Sequence record: SRR20825006_3012
Reading direction: 5' to 3' (one strand)
DNA length: 49,745 nt
A model generated the notes under the pieces. The model was not told the origin of the DNA. It saw only the letters and a program-made list of their open reading frames with translations, and did no database searches. Shown piece after piece: positions 49,053-49,745 of the stretch. The number at the start of each line of letters is the position of its first letter. The stretch's first letter is position 1. The translations under genes were made by a program, and so were the position numbers.

Positions 49053-49745
49053 ATGGATATTACCGAGCTGCTCGCTTTCAGCGCCAAAAACGGCGCCTCT
49101 GACCTTCACTTGTCCGCCGGCCTGCCCCCGATGATCCGGGTGGATGGCGACGTGCGCCGCATTAACCTGCCGGCCATGGAGCACAAGGAAGTCCATTCAT
49201 TGATCTATGACATCATGAATGACAAGCAGCGTAAGGATTTCGAGGAATTCTACGAGACCGATTTCTCCTTCGAGGTACCCGGCGTGGCCCGTTTCCGGGT
49301 AAACGCCTTTAACCACAACCGCGGTGCCGGTGCGGTATTCCGGACCATTCCCTCGAAAGTGCTGACCATGGAAGACCTGGGCATGGGCAAGGTCTTCCAG
49401 AAGATCTCCGAGATGCCGCGGGGGATTGTTCTGGTCACCGGGCCCACCGGTTCCGGTAAGTCCACCACCTTGGCGGCGATGATCGATTACATCAACGATT
49501 CCCGCTACGAGCACATCCTCACCATCGAGGATCCCATCGAATTCGTACACGAATCGAAAAAGTGCCTGGTCAACCAGCGGGAAGTCCACCGCGACACCCT
49601 GGGCTTCTCCGAAGCCCTGCGCTCGGCCCTGCGGGAAGACCCGGACATCATTCTGGTGGGTGAGCTGCGGGATCTGGAAACCATCCGCCTGGCACTGACT
49701 GCGGCAGAAACCGGCCACCTGGTGTTCGGCACCCTGCACACCACC
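49053..49745 (+). CDS. pilT: Type IV pilus retraction ATPase PilT (3' end runs off window)
   Basis: MDITELLAFSAKNGASDLHL..., GPTGSGKSTT Walker A, TIEDPIE, ALREDPD, GHLVFGTLHT; divergent from yggS. Confidence 0.96.
   Translation, partial: MDITELLAFSAKNGASDLHLSAGLPPMIRVDGDVRRINLPAMEHKEVHSLIYDIMNDKQRKDFEEFYETDFSFEVPGVARFRVNAFNHNRGAGAVFRTIPSKVLTMEDLGMGKVFQKISEMPRGIVLVTGPTGSGKSTTLAAMIDYINDSRYEHILTIEDPIEFVHESKKCLVNQREVHRDTLGFSEALRSALREDPDIILVGELRDLETIRLALTAAETGHLVFGTLHTT

Overview
GC-rich gammaproteobacterial chromosomal segment, most likely Alcanivorax or a close marine hydrocarbon degrader (inferred from alkB-gntR beside trkAH and the general gene content). The backbone carries finR-fpr, prlC, aroE-hemF-tsaC-dprA-tsaP, def-fmt-rsmB-trkA-trkH, alkane 1-monooxygenase alkB with a divergent GntR, a marine proteobacterial sortase and its VIT/vWA substrate, lipid-metabolism genes and yggT-proC-yggS-pilT. 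The most notable region is an AT-rich island (~26850-31200). It holds an integron cassette array with no integrase in the window (a CALIN): four canonical attC sites (three only 48-52 bp) plus two degenerate ones, whose core boxes pair cassette by cassette. The array is headed by an attI-like site that recurs 3.25 kb away and has an exact IHF consensus upstream. Other unexplained structure includes (i) a dispersed family of 7-bp-periodic inverted-repeat elements placed just after stop codons, (ii) a two-component system whose locus has three copies of a CCCC-N5-CAGGGG box in front of two uncharacterised lipoproteins and itself, (iii) GTAG-type REPs, and (iv) a Fur-box-like site in the finR-fpr promoter. 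All calls come from reading the sequence; no database searches were run.
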